A stretch of 64,000 nucleotides of DNA from contig CM059431.1 in NCBI GenBank assembly GCA_030390025.1, forward strand, positions 110,052,001 to 110,116,000. The letters are read 5' to 3'. Below are positions 14,307-27,625 of this stretch, in pieces. The first letter of the stretch is position 1. Every line of letters begins with the position of its first letter. The translations under genes and the position numbers were made by a program. The notes under the pieces were generated by a model. It worked only from the letters and a program-made list of their open reading frames with translations, was not told where the DNA came from and did no database searches. Origin of the DNA: Squalus acanthias (lineage: Eukaryota).

Positions 14307-14509
14307 AGAGTTACCATTTCAGGTCGATGACCTTTTAAAGTGCAGTGGATTACTGAGCCTTTGTGTGGAGCCTCGATACTCTCTGGCAAATCTTTTGCGT
14401 GCAGGTAAATACATAAATTCAAAATCAGGCACAGGAAACTTGGACATTGCCTTCAAAATCTTAATCGTGCAACTGGCCCCAGTTGCCAAACATTTCCCAG
14501 CTCTGCCCT

Positions 14510-15322
14510 GCCCCAGCACATCTACTTCTGAAATCCTCATTCAAGCCTTTGTCACCTCCTGACCAGCATTTCCAATGGTCACCTAGCCAGCCTCCCATCC
14601 TCCACTCTGTGTAAATTTGAGCTTATTTAAAACTTTGCTGCTCAGATCCTACCCTGGAATAGGTCCTGCTCAGGGGAGCTCTCCCTGGTTGTCCTGGCCA
14701 ATATTTATCCCTCAACCAACATCGCTAAAATAACAGATTATCGAGTCATTTTCTCATTGCTGTGTGCAAATTGGCTGCCGCGTTTCCTACATTACAACAG
14801 TGACTATACTTCAAAAGTCCTTCATTGGCTGTAAAGCGCTTTGGGACGTCCTGAGGCTGTGAAGGGGGCACTATATATTTTTCATCTATCGCCCCTGTCC
14901 TTGCTGGCGTGCATTGGCTCCTGCTCCTCCAATTTAAAATTCTGATCCTTGTAATTAAATCCCTTAATGGCCTTTACCCCTTCTTATCTCTGTAACCTCC
15001 TCCAGCCCAATAGCCCATCCCTCTCGAACTCTCTGTTGCTATGACTCTGGTCTTTTGTGCATTTTCTCCTCCGTCCCTTTGCCCTACCATTGGCACTCAT
15101 GCATCCAGCTCTCTCTTTCCAAAACTCTAGAATTCCCTCCCTGAACCCTTCCACATTGCCACCTCCCTCTCCTCCTTTAAGACCCTCCTTAAAACCCATC
15201 TCTGACCACCTTTCAATCATCCCTCCTTTGCCTGGGTGTCCATTTTTGTATGATTATGCCTCTGTGAAGAGCCTTGGGATGTTTTTCTGTATTAAAGGTG
15301 CGGTATAAATGCAAGTTGTTGG
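14510..15322 (+). mobile_element. L2-like fragment interrupted by a Deu-SINE 3' half (about 14672-14878)
   Basis: EILIQAFVTS L2 motif, then SINE tail, then L2 sequence resumes. Confidence 0.75.
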
Positions 15323-15344
15323 TTATGAATAAACGTTCGTCGGA

Positions 15345-15582
15345 ACTCCCCATCCCATCTTTGAATATTGCCGTGGGAGCTTTTACGTCCACTGTATAAG
15401 CAGACAGTGCCTTAGTTTAATATTCCATGCCAAAAGCTAGCATCTCTCACAATGTAGCACTCCCTCAATATTTCACCGATGTGGCAACCTGGATTATGTG
15501 CTCAAGTCTTTGGAGTCGAGCTTGAAGCCACGTCCTTCTGACTCACGCGAGGATGCTACCAACTGCAGCAAGCTGACACTTG
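15345..15582 (-). mobile_element. Deu-domain SINE, degraded 5' half
   Basis: Reverse complement of the SINE head and core (cttttacgtccac). Confidence 0.7.
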
Positions 15583-15850
15583 TAATGCTCTTCAGCCTAA
15601 TGTCCATTTTAGTTGTAGAACTTGTAATGCTCTTGGTCTTACGGCTGGTAAATTAAGTAATTTTCCTGATACCCAGCAGAGAGTTGGAGCAGTAACCCTT
15701 GACTTTTGGTCAGCTGCAGAACTGGATAACAACATAATAATGTTCGGTACATCTAATTTGTTCTGCCTTGCTAATCCTCTTTCAGGACCTTTCTTTTTAC
15801 ACCTTGATCAATTTCAAACTATCGGTTCTTTTTTGAATCAGAAATTAATT

Positions 15851-16626
15851 GGCCCGGATTTTGCGTTAGAAATAACCGCGAGGCTAACGGCGCTCACCGT
15901 TATTGAAGAGTAAATCGGACAGCGACATCCGGCGTCCGCACATGTGCAGTTAAACGTGGAAATCTGGAATTTGCTGTCCGAATTGCCCCGCTCCTCCAGA
16001 AGCTGCGCTATACCGGTACCTTGCTGAGAGATTCGGCATTCAAAGATATGAAGGACGTGAAGTTGTGGTACTTACCACTAGATACCCGTTAAACACCAGA
16101 AAAAGTTAAGGCTTCTCCATTCAAGTGTACGTGAATTTTTAATGACGTGGTAAGTCTTAATTACTGCCAAACAACCTCTCTGGCACTAAAAAAATTACTT
16201 TTACAAGTGTGAAGTCTCATTCCTTCAGACTTCAATTATTGTTGGAGATTTTATAAAAATTAAAAAACATTTAAATTTTTCTTTCTGCCTCTTTTATCTG
16301 TCTCTCTTAATCTCATCTTTCTTTCCTTCTCTTTATTTTGCTTTCTGTATGTGATTTTACATTGAATTAAATATTCTAACTAACACTTCCTGTTTTAGAC
16401 TCTGCGTGCCTCAGTGAGGAATCTTCAATTTGATTGGTTGAAGAGCCTCGCTATTGTTTGCCCTGATCACACAGGTCCTAGATTCCCCTGTAGAGGGCGC
16501 CGCACTGCATCAGACGCCTGATGACCGTAGGTTGCAGCTCAAAAGCCCACGAAAAGTTTGTGGGCAGTTGTAAGCGTAATAAACGGTGAGCGCCATTCGT
16601 TCGCCGCTGACTGCAAAATCTGGGCC
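15851..16626. mobile_element. Harbinger-type MITE, family B copy 1
   Basis: TIR ggcccggattttgc / gcaaaatctgggcc; TSD ATT; subterminal inverted repeat ggcgctcaccgtt / aacggtgagcgcc. Confidence 0.85.
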
Positions 16627-16835
16627 ATTGTATTTCCTTTTTGAATGCTTTGTATCAAATCTGTATTTTCTGCACTAGGTGGCAGACTGATCTGTAAGTC
16701 AAATAATTCATTCCTTTGCTCACAGCTTGCTCAGTTTAAAGTTATGTTCTTCCATCCTGATTGTTTTGCACCTTACTTATTTGCTTCACATTTTAGAAAA
16801 AAACTAGAATCACATAGCGGAAGGGCTTGCCATAA

Positions 16836-18316
16836 TTTTCCAATCTTCCCTAGATGCGGGGGAAGTGCCTGAGGACTGGAAAGTGGCAAATGTGACACCA
16901 TTGTTCAAGAAAGGGTGTAAGGACAATCTTAGTAACTACAGGCCGGTCAGTTTAACATCAGTGGTGGGTAAAGTTTCAGAAACAATAATCAAGGAAAAAA
17001 TTAATGGGCACTTGGAGAGGTTTAAGCTAATTAAGGAGAGCCAACACGGATTTGTAAAAGGCAGATCGTGTTTGATTAATCTAATTGAATTTTTTGATGA
17101 AGTAACCGGGAGGATTGATGAAGGGAATGCAATGGATGTTGTCTACATGGATTTTCGGAAGGCGTTTGACAAAGTACTACATAGAAGGCTGGTTCACAAA
17201 ATTGAGGCTCATGGAATAGGTGGGTCAGTGGCAGCTTGGATAAGGAATTGGCTTAAGGACAGAAAACAGCGAGTTGTGGTAAATGGCTGTTTTTCAGACT
17301 GGAGGATGGTAGACTGGTGTTCCCCAAAGATCAGTGCTGGGGCCACTGCTTTTTTTTGATGTATATAAATGACCTGGATATTGGAATACAGAGTAGAATT
17401 TCTAAATTTGCCAATGACACCAAACTTGGGAGTGTGGCAAACAGTGAGGATGATACCAAACGACTGCAACAGGGCATAGAAAGGCTAGTAGAATGGGCAG
17501 ACAAATGGCAGATGGAATTTAATACAGAGAAGTGTGAGGTGATGCATTTTGGCAGAAGGAACAGGGAGAGGCAATATACACTTAATGGCACAGTTTTAAA
17601 GAGTGTGCAGGGGCAAAGGGTCCTGGAAGTTAATGTGCATAGGTCCCTGAAGGTGGTGGGACATATTGAGAGAGTGGTTAGCAAAGCATATGGGATCTTA
17701 GGCTTCGTAAATAGAGGTATTGAGTACAAAAGTAGAGAAGTTATGCTGAACCTTTATAAAGCGCTGGTTAGGCCACAACTGGAATATTGCGTCCAGTTCT
17801 GGTTGTCACACTTTATGAAGGATGTGAAGGCACTTGAGAGGGTGCAGAGGAGATTTACCAGAATGGTTCTGGGGATGGGGGATCTTAGCTACAAGGACAG
17901 GTTGAAGCTGGATTTGTTTTCATTAGAGCAAAGGAGGTTGCGGGGTGATTTGATAGAGGTGTACAAGATTATGACGGGTTTGGATAGGCTAAATGGGGAA
18001 AGGCTGTTCCCACTAGTTGATGGTACAAGGACTAGGGGACACAGATTTAAGGTTTTGGGCAAGAGATACAGGGGGGATGTGAGGAAAAACATTTTTATGC
18101 AGCGAGTGGTGAGGACCTGGAACTCGCTGCCGACTGAAGTGGTGGAAGCGGACACACTCAATGTTTTCAAGGGGAGACTGGATAGGCACTTGAGGGAAAT
18201 AAACTTGCAGGGCTACGGGGATAGAGCGGGGTAATGGGACTGACTGGATTGCTCTACAGAGGGCCGGCACGGACTCGATGGGCCGAATGGCCTCCTTCTG
18301 TGTCGTTATGACTGAC
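16836..18316 (+). mobile_element. CR1 LINE, 5'-truncated, frameshifted reverse transcriptase
   Basis: ORFs 16865-17359 and 17317-18234: YRPVSLTS, QHGFVKGRSC, DFRKAFDKV, KFANDTKL, RPQLEYC, WNSLP. Confidence 0.95.
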
Positions 18317-18572
18317 ATCCCTTTTTAAAAGAACTGATTTTTTTTTCCTTAGCTTCTCTTCACACTCAAGTCTATATAAACTGTTGTCTTTCTCTGAATC
18401 CTTTTAATAGCTTCTAGCTTATTTATGGTGACCGCACCTGAATGCAATACTTGGCATTGGTTCTCTAGAATGCTTTATAGAGTATCAGTAACACTCCTTG
18501 GATTTATATTCGATAAATCTGTTTACATACCACAACAATTTATTTGCCTTTCTAACTGCCGCCATACACTGT

Positions 18573-20168
18573 GGGCTGGATTTTGCAGGGGGTCAGCGGG
18601 CTCGATCGGTGGTGGGTCGGGTAGGAAAGTGTTTTTTTTGCACCAGCGGGTCAGGACCCCGCTGTGAACCCGCCGCTACGCGCTTTTACCAAATGTCAGG
18701 TCTGTCAACGCTGAGCAGACCCAACACGCAGCGGCGGGGGAGGCAATTAAAATCATTAATGGCTTGTTTACAGCCACTTATCAATGTTTTTTTTCCCCAG
18801 CTTTTTGAATTTGACAGGTTGCCAACCGGTTTCCCGCTGTGCCTAGACCTCGACTGTGAAGCTGAGGCGGGAGGTCAGTGGCCATTGAATCAGCTGATGA
18901 GTTGATAGCTTCAGATGTCAAGTCAAAGCTCCCAGCTGATTGAGAAATGTTCCCTTAACTACGAGTTTCTCTAAACTGCATTTCCACTACAGATTCAGGA
19001 TGCTGCAAGTCTTTACACAAGTCTCCATCCAGTCTGACCTCATTACCTCTCCCACCATTGACAGGTCGCTTCTGTCATCTCTACTTCACTTGCTATCTAT
19101 TCCATCAGCATGGGTGCCCTTGAAACTCTCTCACCTTGGTCCTCAGAATCCCACCATGATCAGCTCCAACACCAGCAGCACCAGGCACACCAGCAGCACC
19201 AACAACACCACCAACCTTCTCCGCAATTAACTGATGCTGCACAGGACAGAGGGCATCAACACCCGACCAGGGATGGCCTCACCACGGCTAGATTTACTTC
19301 ACTTGACAGTGTGCACCATTCACTGCAACTCACTAAGCCACTTCCAAAATGCACGCAAATCTGTCCAAGAACACAAAGTGTTGAAAATAAAGGTTTCAAT
19401 GTTTGACACCACGTTAACAGAAACTTTACATGAACATTGCATAAAACACCCAAGTGCCTACCCTTGTGTGTTGTTAGTTGGTATGATTTGACTAGGATGA
19501 GGGTGCGAGTGAGGGGTGGCTAGTGAGATGGGGATGTGATAATGTAGAGAGAGGGGGATGGGTGGAGGTGCAAGGTAAGTTGGTGTGAGTAAGGATGTGC
19601 AGGAGTAGGATAAGGAAGGCAGAGTGATGGGGATGTGATGAGTGGCACAACAGGATGAGGTTGAGTGTGGCTTTGTACTAACGTTTTGTGATCTACTTAG
19701 ATCATTAAAACGTTTGCAGCACTGCACCCAGGTCCTCCTGACAACATCCCTGCTTGTGCCCTCCTCTGCAATGTGCAACCAGGCTGCGTTGATCTCCTGG
19801 GGAGGTCTCTTCTGCCCATGGGAAGGGAAGAGGACCTCCCTGTGTGCTGTGACTCCCTCCATAAGCATACGGAGGGAGTCATGGGAGAGCCTGGGTGCAG
19901 CCCTGCATCTCTGTGCAGTGATTGTCAGTGTTTGCAGCACCTCAATGCTGTAGAACACTGACAGCACAAATGTCAAAATAAAGTTGGCCATGATCCCTTT
20001 AAGGAAACCGGCTGATGACGCGTCATGAATGACGTCACCAGACCTGCTTCCTCTAATTGGCTGGGAAACGCGCTGGGCGGGCTTAACAAGCCCAATCAGG
20101 GGTAAATTCATTTCAGAGGCCAGGATGGAGCGGGGTCGGGACCCGCCAAGGTTCGTAAAATCCAGCCT
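18573..20168 (-). mobile_element. Harbinger-like family A copy 3
   Basis: TIR gggctggatttt / aaaatccagcct; imperfect TSD TGT/TTT; open Myb-like frame within 19458-19991. Confidence 0.85.
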
Positions 20169-20980
20169 TTTGTGTTTGGTCAACGATTGCACCTGGATCT
20201 TTTTTTCTGAGGCACAGTATGTGTTGATGTGCCTTTTATGTTGTGATTTTGTCCATATTGAACACAACTTAGAGGAATGCAACTGGGCAGAATGAATTCC
20301 ATGTCCTGCTTCCCATGAAAGTAGCAGTGACTTCCTATTTGTGACGATAACAATCTGAACCTTTTGTTTAAATTTACTATTCTACTGCTTGCAATAAATC
20401 TCAAGAAGGTGAATAAGTAATATTGCTTCCCTTTTTAAAAATATTAATTTTCTCACTTATTTTCCCCCGCACAATAGGTTCAGTGGATTCTCTATTCCCA
20501 CCCTCTCCCAGTAGCAATATTTATATGGCTATTAGGAGTTGCACCAAAGTGCTGTTGAAAGATTCTTTCTCTGACTTATTTTCCTCAAGCTATAACAATG
20601 AAATGCCCAACATTTACTCAGTGCCTTCTGTCAGCCTAGCTTAGATTGAGCATTTGCCATGAGCATTGGGAGCTGTAAGTCTGTGCCCTATAGATTTATG
20701 GTGCAACATGTTAGTACACTGATGTACTGCTCCACTACATTACTCATTTTAATGGCTTTTCTAAATGTTACATAGAGATTATCCTCTGATCAACCATTCG
20801 TCAAACAAGCTTCTCTTTCAACCTAATTTTGTTCCTGTCCTCCCAGGTATGCATCTCGTGCCTCAAAAAATGTTAGTGTTTTGTAGTTAGGTCACAGAGG
20901 AAAAATTTTAATGAGTCATGGAGTTCAATAGCCATAAAACTTAGCAACATATTTTGTAACGGTTAATAAAAAGGTACAAT

Positions 20981-21712
20981 GGTCCAGATATTACGTTGAA
21001 AATAACGATGAGGCCACTCGTGCTCACCGTTATTATGGAGTAAATCAGACAGCAGCTTTCAGAGTACGCACATGCGCAGTTAAACGCGGAAGTTGCGGTC
21101 CGAGTTACCCTGTTCCTCCACAGACTGCACTGTAACAGTCCTTTGCCGATAGAAGTTGAGGTACTTACCCACTAGTTACCCACTAAACACACCAGAAAAG
21201 TTAGTGCTTATCCATTAAATATAAGTGAATTTTGAACAGTGTGGTAAGTCTTAATTACTGCCAAACAACCTCTGACACTGAAAATTTCCTTTTACAAGTG
21301 TGGAGTCTCATTCCTTCAGATTTCAATTATTGTTGGAGATTTTATAAAAATTAATGTTTTTTTACTTACTCTTTCTGTCTCTCTTACCTCTCCCTCTCTC
21401 TATTAATCCCATCTTTCTTTCCTAATCTTTATTTTGCTTTCTATACACAATTTAAATCTAATTTATAATTACTGATTTATACTTCCTGGTTTAGACTCTG
21501 CATGGCTCAGTGAGGATTCTTCAAACTGATTGGTTGAGGAGCCTCGCTGTTGCTTGCAGACACTGCAGATCCCCTGTAGAGGGTGCCGCACTGGATCAAA
21601 CGCCTGATGACGGCAAGTCTATGCTCAAAACCCTGCGAAAACTCTCTGGGCAGCTGTCTGCGTAGTGAACAGCGAGCACCGTTCCTTCGCCGCTGACTGC
21701 AAAATCCAGGCC
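20981..21712. mobile_element. Harbinger-type MITE, family B copy 2
   Basis: Colinear with 15851-16626; TIR ggtccagatattac / gcaaaatccaggcc; TSD AAT/ATT. Confidence 0.85.
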
Positions 21713-22195
21713 ATTGATGCTTCTTTGCCCAGCCCCCATCTCATCTTTTCTCAATTATGAGTTTGTACTTTACTTCTTATATTGAGAGGTGCCTCTTCAA
21801 AATGCAAACAATGGATAACAAATTTTCACTCATTCAAAAGTTATTATGTCCGGTTTTGTTTCAGAAGAATTATGTTAATATAATAGCTTTTGTGGCTTTT
21901 ATTTCCTTAATTGAAATTTTTTTGGGGCATTAACTGAGGTACTAGTTATGCCTATATCAGCAGACTCTGCTTTATAGAAAGACATCAGTATATATTAATG
22001 CATTTTATAAGACAAAATTACATGCTGGGGGATACAAGTTCACACCTGTGATTATCCACACTTTACTCCTTTTGTACTATTTCTAATGCAGTGTACCAGC
22101 TTTTACCCTGTTTAAGCTGTAGAGTTGATTTGACAACAGTGGGAAACTGCACATGTGCAAGATTCATGTTTGCGCAATTTCTCTAAAGTTGTAAA

Positions 22196-22571
22196 TAACA
22201 ACAACCACTTGTATTTATATAGCGCCTTTAACGTAGTAAAACATCCCAAGGTGCTTCACAGGAGTATTATCAAACAAAATTTGACACTGAACCACATAAG
22301 GAGGTATTGGGGCAGATGACTAAAAGCTTGGTCAAAGAGGTAGATTTTAAGGAGCGTCTTAAAGGAGGAAAGAGAGGTAGAGAGGCGGAGAGGTTTAGGG
22401 AGGGAGTTCCAGAGCTTGGGGCCACCACTGGTGGAGTGATTAAAATCGGAGATGCTCAAGAGGCCAGAGTTAGAGGAGCGCACATATCACGGAGGGTTGT
22501 GGGGGCTGGAGGCGATTACAGAGATCGGGAAGGGTGAGGCCATGGAGGGGTTTGAAAATAAGGATGAGAAT
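22196..22571 (-). mobile_element. L2-like 3' fragment
   Basis: KLWNSLPKPLRLSTSLSSFKTLLK plus L2 tail. Confidence 0.85.
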
Positions 22572-23026
22572 GAAAGAAAGAACTTGCATTTATATAGCAC
22601 TTTTCATGACCTCAGGACATCCTTAAGCACTTTAAAGCCAATGAAGTGTAGTCACTGTTGTAATCTGGGAGAATGCGGCAGCCAATTTGCACACAGCAAG
22701 CTCCCACAAGCAGTAATGATATAAATGATCAATTATACTGTTTTAGTTGTGTTTGTTGAAGGATAAGTGTTGGCCAAGACACTGGGAGAACTCCCCTGCT
22801 CTTCTTTGAATAGTGCCATAGGATCTTTTACGTCCACCTGAGAGGGCAGACAGTGCCTCATTATAACGCCTGATCCGAAAAACTTATCCTCCAAAAGGGC
22901 CAGCACTCCCTCAGTACTGCACTGAACTGTCAGCCTAGTTTGTGCTCAGTCCCTGGGGTGGGACATGACCCCATGACCTTCTAACCCAGAGGTAAGAGTG
23001 CTATCACTAAATCAAAACTGACACCA
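22572..23026 (-). mobile_element. Deu-domain SINE
   Basis: Reverse complement of 34476-34937 over nearly the full length. Confidence 0.85.
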
Positions 23027-23899
23027 ACTTTAGTGCTACTGCATGTGATGAATTACATGCATGTGTAATTAATGCTAAAACTGTATTTGCGACTTTGGAG
23101 CAACTGAGGTGAGGGGAAAGTCAGAACAGGCTAACGATGCCAAAAAGTGCCTTGCTGGACGAGAGGCCGGAAGTCCTCCAACGCCAAATTTTCTCACGGT
23201 GTACTGATTATATTTGTTACCGCTGGTAGTTTTGATCAGATGCACCATACAAAATCCTTATTCTTGGAGAGTTTCAAAGCCTCAGACGATAAGAGTGTTG
23301 AGTTATTTATGCGATAGGATTATCTCCATCTACACTTTGGCTATTGGAGATGATGCTGTAGTGTCAGTCAGCTATTTTAGTTACCAATCTCAACAGGGTC
23401 ATTGGGGTGGGGGGGGGAATGAAGCTAAACAGCTTTTTCCAGTGTGACTAAAATTTCCATTCTTCTTTTCTTGGTGTTTACATATAGATTCAGTGTCCCT
23501 GGGTTTTCCTTTTGCTGTGGAATTGGATGGAACTGTTATTTTTCAATACCATTTTCTCTGCTGATTTGCCTTTCAGCCTCTATCAGAGCCAAACTTCATA
23601 TCCATAGGGCTTCAAATTTTCTCACCCATCGTGTGAATAAAAGGGACGGGGGAGTACTTCCAATAATATTAATTTTTTGTCAGTGAGTATAAAAATATTT
23701 TAGAAATTTACCATACCAGTCATCTCTGCACCAAATTTGGGTATGAACAAAGGTTGAAGATCTTTGAATTTCTCATAGAAAAGTAGTGCCATCTACTAGT
23801 TATTGAAAGGAAATAAATCTACACGCATGGGGACGTCTTACCACATTCTGTTTTGTATTTACTGAAGGTCTTTTTTTTTTTAACTCTATCCTAATTCAG

Positions 23900-23998
23900 A
23901 AATTTGAGAGAAGCAAGAGACAACGCAGTTGCAGAAAAGGACCGAGCTGTTGAAGCTGAAAAGGATGCCCGAGCAAAATGTGACCAACTTCTGGAACA
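23900..23998 (+). CDS. PIBF1: PIBF1 coding exon
   Basis: attcag / gtaagt; (R)[32 protein letters not shown]; 99 nt, symmetric phase 2-2. Confidence 0.96.
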
Positions 23999-24139
23999 GT
24001 AAGTTATTGATGGATTTAACCCTGTCCTCTGCAGGTTGAATGTACAGAAAATTCAGAAGTCTTGCATTTCCATGTTGGTTAAAGCTGGATAAGCTTTTAG
24101 CTATTGCATTTCATATTTTCTACTGCCATAGTAATTTAT

Positions 24140-24342
24140 GTGAGAAGTCGCACAACACCCGGTTATAGTCCAACAGCTTTATTTGAAATCACAAGCTTTC
24201 GGAGCGCTGCTCCTTCGCTTCACCTGATGAAGGAGCAGCGCTCCGAAAGCTTGTGATTTCAAATAAAGCTGTTGGACTATAACCTGGTGTTGTGCGACTT
24301 CTCACATTTGTCCACCCCAGTCCAACACCAGCATCTCCACAT
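24140..24342 (+). mobile_element. Penelope-like terminal repeat, inverted (palindromic) solo insertion
   Basis: Same sequence as the terminus of the GIY-YIG element at 49298-49436; flanking direct repeat catagtaatttat at 24127-24139 and 24343-24355; 79-bp arms. Confidence 0.85.
24219..24256 (+). ncRNA. Minimal type I hammerhead ribozyme motif (Penelope-type)
   Basis: tcac CTGATGA a ggagc-agc-gctcc GAAA gc TT gtga: conserved core, 5-bp stem II, palindromic AGCU mini stem III, stem I tcac/gtga. Confidence 0.75.
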
Positions 24343-26006
24343 CATAGTAATTTATATACAGGTAATTTTAGAAATTTTACCTATATACTGCAAATACAGT
24401 TTCCTTCACTGTAGTAGGTGTAATGCCAACTGTAATGACTTTGGGCATGCGACATCTTAGACACAGCAGCCTGAACCATTGTTGAGGCCAAAGATCTTTG
24501 GTACGGGCCAGGATATTCAGAACAACGTGATTTGAATTTCTACTTTTGTTGCACTTGTTTAATAAAGTTTTACCAGAAGCAGTGCCAACCTGAACATTGC
24601 CCAGCAATTTTGTACTTCCTAGAAGGCAGTGATATTCAAGCTAGAGAATAAAGCATTATTTTTATGGTGACAAAAGAACCTATCCATTACAATAGCAACA
24701 CCATACCAAAGTAGAATAGATGGGAAACTGAGAAGACCACAACTGTTCATCAGATGGCGCAGTGAGTTAATGGATCCATATTGTGGTAGTGAGCCATATC
24801 GATCAGGAGAGCCCCACGCTTGATCGCTAAACCATGCTGACTTAGCTCATTTCAGGCAGTGCATGAGGTTGTTAGAATGGCCAATGTATTCCTGGGGTAG
24901 GAAAGGTTTAAAAATCCACCTAGCTTTCCCCATCACTTAGCGCTCTTCAATGACCTTTACTGGGAAGTGCGCCAATGTGGACAACAAGTGACAAGAGAAT
25001 CAGGCTTGGCTGTGATGCCTTCTACTGTAAAAATAGACTGCTGATTCTCATTGTAAAGGTTCACACATCAAATTGGTGATGGCCTCCTCCTGTCGTGGAA
25101 CTGTATCCCAACATTTGGGAGAGGAGTATAGAAAAAGGAAGACATTTTTTTTTTCTTTTAAAAGGTGCCAAGCCATTTGGTCTTGATTCTCAATCTTCAC
25201 TTTTCTTCTTCCAGAAGGACTTGGTCTGAATTATGATAGCTGATCAAAACTGGCCAGTATCTCTATGTAAAAATGAAAACCATAGCTGCCCAAATGAATG
25301 CTGCCAGTGTAATGAACAAAAACATCCAAAGTTTTAATGATGATTTGCCATTGTTCAGCTTCCTTCCATCAATTCCGGCATTTGTTGCTGAGACAGTCAC
25401 CAGTGGTGAAGCGCATTCTTTGATATGTCTTGATGCTGTGAATTGCTTTTGTTTCAAGTTGTTGGGTTTTATATTGCAGTTATGCTACGCATCTGTTGAC
25501 TATGCTGATATGTAGTGTAAGGGTGTTATAATGACGTCATTGTGTAGACTGGCATTGGATGGGAAATTGCATATTAAAGGTAGTTTCACATCATTAGCAC
25601 AGCAGCACGGTGTTTAAACTTTAACTTTGAATGTTCAGTTAAAAAAAAATCAAGTACCCTCATATTCTGTCAAGTTTTATCTATCATTACAAATCTCGCT
25701 ATTAGTCAGAGAAGCACACAGTGTACACGCTTTGGCTATGTATAGAGGCCTTCCTTCAGCCCACTCAGCAACAATACAAGTAAGTTGTATAACTAGCTGC
25801 CTGGTCTTGTCATTGTTTCAACCATTTGTTGAAGTATTACTGAGGAATGATTCTTCATGGAAGTTGGATCTCATTTTTAGGTGTGTATCATCTTCCCTTT
25901 TACCTTGATTTTCTCTAGACATGCTCGGCACTGTTATGTCTAACCCATATATACCCTTAGGCATTCCTTAGGTGTGAAGCCTTTGATATTCTCATCTGCC
26001 TACCAT

Positions 26007-26415
26007 ATTAGAAACATAGAAGATAGGAGCAGGAGTAGGCCATTCGGCCCCTCTAGCCTGCTCCGCCATTCAATGCGATCATGGCTGATCATCCAAATTC
26101 AGTACGCTGTCCCTGCTTTCTCCCCATATCCCTTGATCCCTTTAGCCTTAAGAAATATATCCAACTCCTTCTTGAATCTATTTAATGAATTGGCCTCTAC
26201 TGCCTTCTGTGGCAGAGAATTCCACAGGTTCACCACTCTCTGGGTGAAGAAATTCCTCCTCATTTCTGTCCTAAATGGCTTACCCCTTATCCTTAGACTG
26301 TGACCCCTGGTTCTGGACTCCCCGACCATCGGGAACATCCTTCCTGCATCTATTTTGTTTTGTCCTGTCCTGTCAGAATTTTATAAGTTTCAATGAGATC
26401 CCCTCTCATTCTTCA
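26007..26415 (-). mobile_element. CR1 3' fragment
   Basis: ORF 26099-26338 (RTRGHSLRIRG...NLWNSLPQKAVEA) plus 3'UTR. Confidence 0.9.
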
Positions 26416-26749
26416 ATTTAAGTGTAGGCCACATTTTATAGCCAAAACTCAGTTTAAGTTAGAGATGTGGCCTGAATGCAAGTTCATTTTATTTTGCTGG
26501 GGGAAGGGCTTAAATTTGCATATAGTTGCATTAATGCATTACTTCACCTACGTAAGCCTCATCTCCCTTCAAGGATCATGTTTCTTTTGTCCTGATTGCA
26601 AGGGATATCAATGACAACACTAAAGGTTTTTACAAATATATTAAGAGAAAGAGGGTGGCTAAGAGTAATGTGTGTCCCATAATGACAGACACAGGTGATA
26701 TTGTAATTGGAAATCAGGAAATTACAGACTTACTAACAGCTACTTTGTA

Positions 26750-27062
26750 TCAAATAAAAACAGAAAATGCCGGAAATACTCAGCAGGTTAGCCAGCATCT
26801 GTGGAGCGAGAAAAACAGAGTTAACATTTCAAGTCGATGACATTTCGTCAGAACTGGAAAAAGTTAGAGATGTAACAGGTTTTAAGCAAGTGCAGGGGCA
26901 GGGAAAGGAGGGAGGGGAGGAAAGAACAAAAGGGAGGGTGGAAGGCAGGAGTGATTAAATGACAAAAGGGATGATGGTGCAAGGCAAAAAAGGGTGGTAA
27001 TGGGACAAGTAAAGAAACAAAAGATGGGTCTAGAGGAGCTGTAAATGACAAAAGCAGAATCA
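26750..27062 (-). mobile_element. Penelope-like 3' end with degenerate hammerhead motif (about 26819-26856)
   Basis: Homologous to 44497-44630; minus strand reads ctgacga aatgtcatcgactt gaaa tgtt. Confidence 0.65.
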
Positions 27063-27625
27063 TTTGACAAGTTTCCACATTAGAGACTGTTATTTATATG
27101 GACTTCCAGAAGACGTTCAACAAGATTCCACATAAGAGACTGTTAACAAAAACGAGAGTGCGTGGAATTGGAGGCAACCTATTGACTTGGATAGGGAATT
27201 AGTTAGGAGTTAAGAGATAGCGAGTAGGGATAATGGGTATGTACTCAAATTGGCAGGATGTGACTAATGGTGTCCCCCAGGGATCTGTACTGGTGCTACA
27301 GCTTTTCACTATATTTATAAATGACTTGGATGGATGAATGGAGAGCTGTATATCTAAGTTTGCTGACACCACTAAGTTAGGTGGCACAGTAAATAGTGTA
27401 GATGGAAGCAGAAAGTTGGAAAGGGGCATTGATAGATTAAGTGAGTGGGCAAAACTATGGCAGATGGAGTTCAATGTGAGATCATCCACTTTGGACCTAA
27501 GAAAGATAGATCAGAGTATTTTCTAAATGGTGAGAAGCTAGGAAATGTGGAGGAGCAGAGAGATTTCGGAGTCAAAGTACGGAGATCACTAAAAGCTTAG
27601 TGGACAGGCACAACAAATAATTAAT

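Noticed and set aside
16865..18234. Functional reverse transcriptase gene
   Set aside because: 5'-truncated, frameshifted, and the catalytic motif is altered (FAND).
24138..24307. CRISPR repeat, terminator or conserved miRNA
   Set aside because: Single eukaryotic hairpin fully explained by an inverted Penelope terminus with a TSD.
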